Assembly: GCA_964035545.1 (NCBI GenBank)
Contig: OZ037769.1
Location: forward strand, 10,198,633 to 10,262,632
Reading direction: 5' to 3'
From: Bugula neritina
Lineage: Eukaryota; Animalia; Bryozoa
Length of the DNA: 64,000 nucleotides
Of the stretch, positions 62,101 through 64,000 are shown piece by piece (within the stretch, counting starts at the first letter, position 1; each line of letters opens with the position of its first letter). Made by a program: the position numbers and the translations under genes. The notes under the pieces were generated by a model. It made no database searches. It saw nothing but the letters and a program-made list of their open reading frames with translations, and was not told the origin of the DNA.

Positions 62101-63395
62101 AATGAAACCAGACACCAACTTTTGTGTAGAACACCTGTAACCTACCTATTATATACCACTGCACTAACTGAATCATCCATCTAAGTAGAGGAAACAGCTC
62201 TAACTGAGCTTGTCACTCCAAACATTAATTTTGTTGGGCAACTTTTCATAAACATTCCCTTAGATTCTACCACTATATTTATAAGGGTTTGACTTTTACC
62301 CTATAGAGCTTGACACCTAGAAAAGTAAAATAGTAAAATAGAAATGACATTTAAAAGAAATAAAACTAGTAGGTTATAGAACCTTACTGAACACTGGAAA
62401 TCTCAAAGATTTTCTTATGTTAGCAGTGATCTAGAAAACAGTGGCTCATCTACTTTTCACAAGCTCAACACTTTCAATTATTAGAGGCCAACAACAAGTC
62501 ATGTCTGTTTAATTAATCTACATCCCTGTGAGAACCCCTGATGCCTCAGTTTTTGCTTAACTAGGCTAAAGACTTGTTTCTACTTTGTCACAAAACCAAT
62601 CCTGATTGAATGTTCTTTCTGACATTATCAGCTTTCAAACGCATGACCTAGTGTTGCATGACTGTAGGCCAGCTCTCCAAACCACCAGACAATGGCTCTT
62701 CTCTCTTATAGTCCGTGAAGGAATCTTGTTGACCTCTAGTGGTCCACTTGATTCTGTATGATTCAAAATATTCTGTATGACTCATAATATTCTTCTATAA
62801 TGACTTAGGTCCTAGAATTTCACATAAACTTGACTACTCAAAAGCTCAAAAAATATGAAGTATGTGTCACATAATTTAACTTGTATGTTTCTTTTATTTC
62901 TTTCTCCAGTTGCTGACATAATATACCCAGGAAAGAACTATAACCATAGCAGAAGAGTTGTGTCACATGGGTATGGCTACATCGTAAGTCACAGCTCATT
63001 CACTGGAGCTCCACTCCCCAACCAGTACAGCAATAACATTGATTCGTGGTTCACCTTGACTGGCCTTCAACCAGACTTAGTTTTGGAGTTTCACTTTTTA
63101 TCCTTTCAGCTGCACAATGACCTCAATTGTAGCGACTACCTAAACATCACTGGAATATCAGAAGATAACTTCGATTTCGAGCCCCTTATTTTGTGTGGTA
63201 ATGAAGCTGACAATACAGCGTACATCGTTACCACAGTGGGAGACTCTATTACCTTTCATTTCAAAACGGATGCTAGAAGCACCAACCCGGGCTTTCAGAT
63301 ACAATACTACATCCAGGGCTCTGCCGACTCTTTCCAGTTCAGTACAGAGTATAGCACAGACCCAGTCACATTAGACATCACCACAATTCTTCCAG
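59109..63395 (+). CDS. Signal peptide-CUB-CUB protein, paralog of the 28757 gene (3' part beyond window)
   Basis: Exons 59109-59196 (signal), 59866-60270 (CUB: IRSPEYPSDY..DCTL..CNDYL..IRFHAD), 62910-63395 (CUB: CSDYLNI..LCG..FHFKTD..PGFQIQY, plus Ser/Thr linker); phase-1 introns. Confidence 0.85.
62521..62580 (-). mobile_element. 3' fragment of the same SINE family
   Basis: catccctgtgagaacccctgat...ggctaaagactt is the reverse complement of the SINE tail at about 15540-15600. Confidence 0.55.
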
Positions 63396-63423
63396 GTATT
63401 TCTACCTACTTACAATACTATAA

Positions 63424-63672
63424 ACCTACCTACCTACTTACCTACCTACCTACTTACCTACCTACCTACCTACCTACCTACCTACCTACCTACCTACCTA
63501 CCTACCTACCTACCTACCTACCTACCTACCTATACCTACCTACCTACCTACCTAACTACCTACCTACCTACCTACCTACCTACCTACCTTCCTATACCTA
63601 CCTATACCTACCTACCTGCCTAACTACCTACTTGCCTACCTACCTACTTACCTACCTACCTACCTGCACCTA
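63424..63672. repeat. (CCTA)n microsatellite
   Basis: Direct reading; gives the spurious (PTYL)n extension of ORF 62855. Confidence 0.95.
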
Positions 63673-64000
63673 CCATTTGCCAGAGTGTAATCCCATATAC
63701 TTCATGTAATTATAATTTACATTCACAGAAAACTAGCTGGTTTACTTATAGTTAGGTGTGTTTGTGTGACTCAATTGGTCAACAATATTGTACACTGTGG
63801 CCAATCTCCAATATTTTGTCTGTTTAGTATTGTTATGCTAATAATATCATGTATAAAAATAACTTAGTATATCATTATGTCAAGTTTATCCACTGTAGTG
63901 CAACTAATTAAAATAATCAACCCACTTGCTTCATTTTGCTTCAATAATTGACAATTAACAGTCTTAAAATAAATTGATTAGTACATTAAATAGTAAATAA

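Noticed and set aside
63396-63709. (PTYL)n C-terminal extension of the CUB ORF
   Set aside because: Lies after the splice donor at 63395, within a (CCTA)n microsatellite.

Overview
AT-rich, intron-rich animal genomic DNA (invertebrate; no prokaryotic features). Reading splice sites by hand gives six complete multi-exon genes and one that runs off the right edge: a MAGE/NSE3 gene (+, 3858-8401), lunapark (+, 18063-24745), a signal-CUB-CUB-Sushi-EGF-TM receptor with a Tyr-motif tail (+, 28757-35590), a secreted PAN-PAN-F-type-lectin gene (+, 37439-39277), a galactose-3-O-sulfotransferase-family gene mostly missed by the ORF track (-, 39943-44329), an Ets1/2(pointed)-class factor (-, 45970-52873) and a second CUB-CUB paralog (+, 59109 onward). 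The left edge holds a Gypsy-type LTR element with LTR, tRNA-Leu PBS and a single ORF fusing gag to an integrase zinc finger. There are also two hAT MITEs, a tRNA-derived SINE family and many mini/microsatellites. Most notable: a perfect 181-bp palindrome carrying an intact minimal hammerhead ribozyme on each strand; inverted SINEs flanking the receptor's TM exon; the ITAM-like/ITIM CUB receptor family; and a 16-bp array repeating an AP-1 site plus splice signals. Exon boundaries are manual predictions, and family assignments come from remembered motifs, not database searches.
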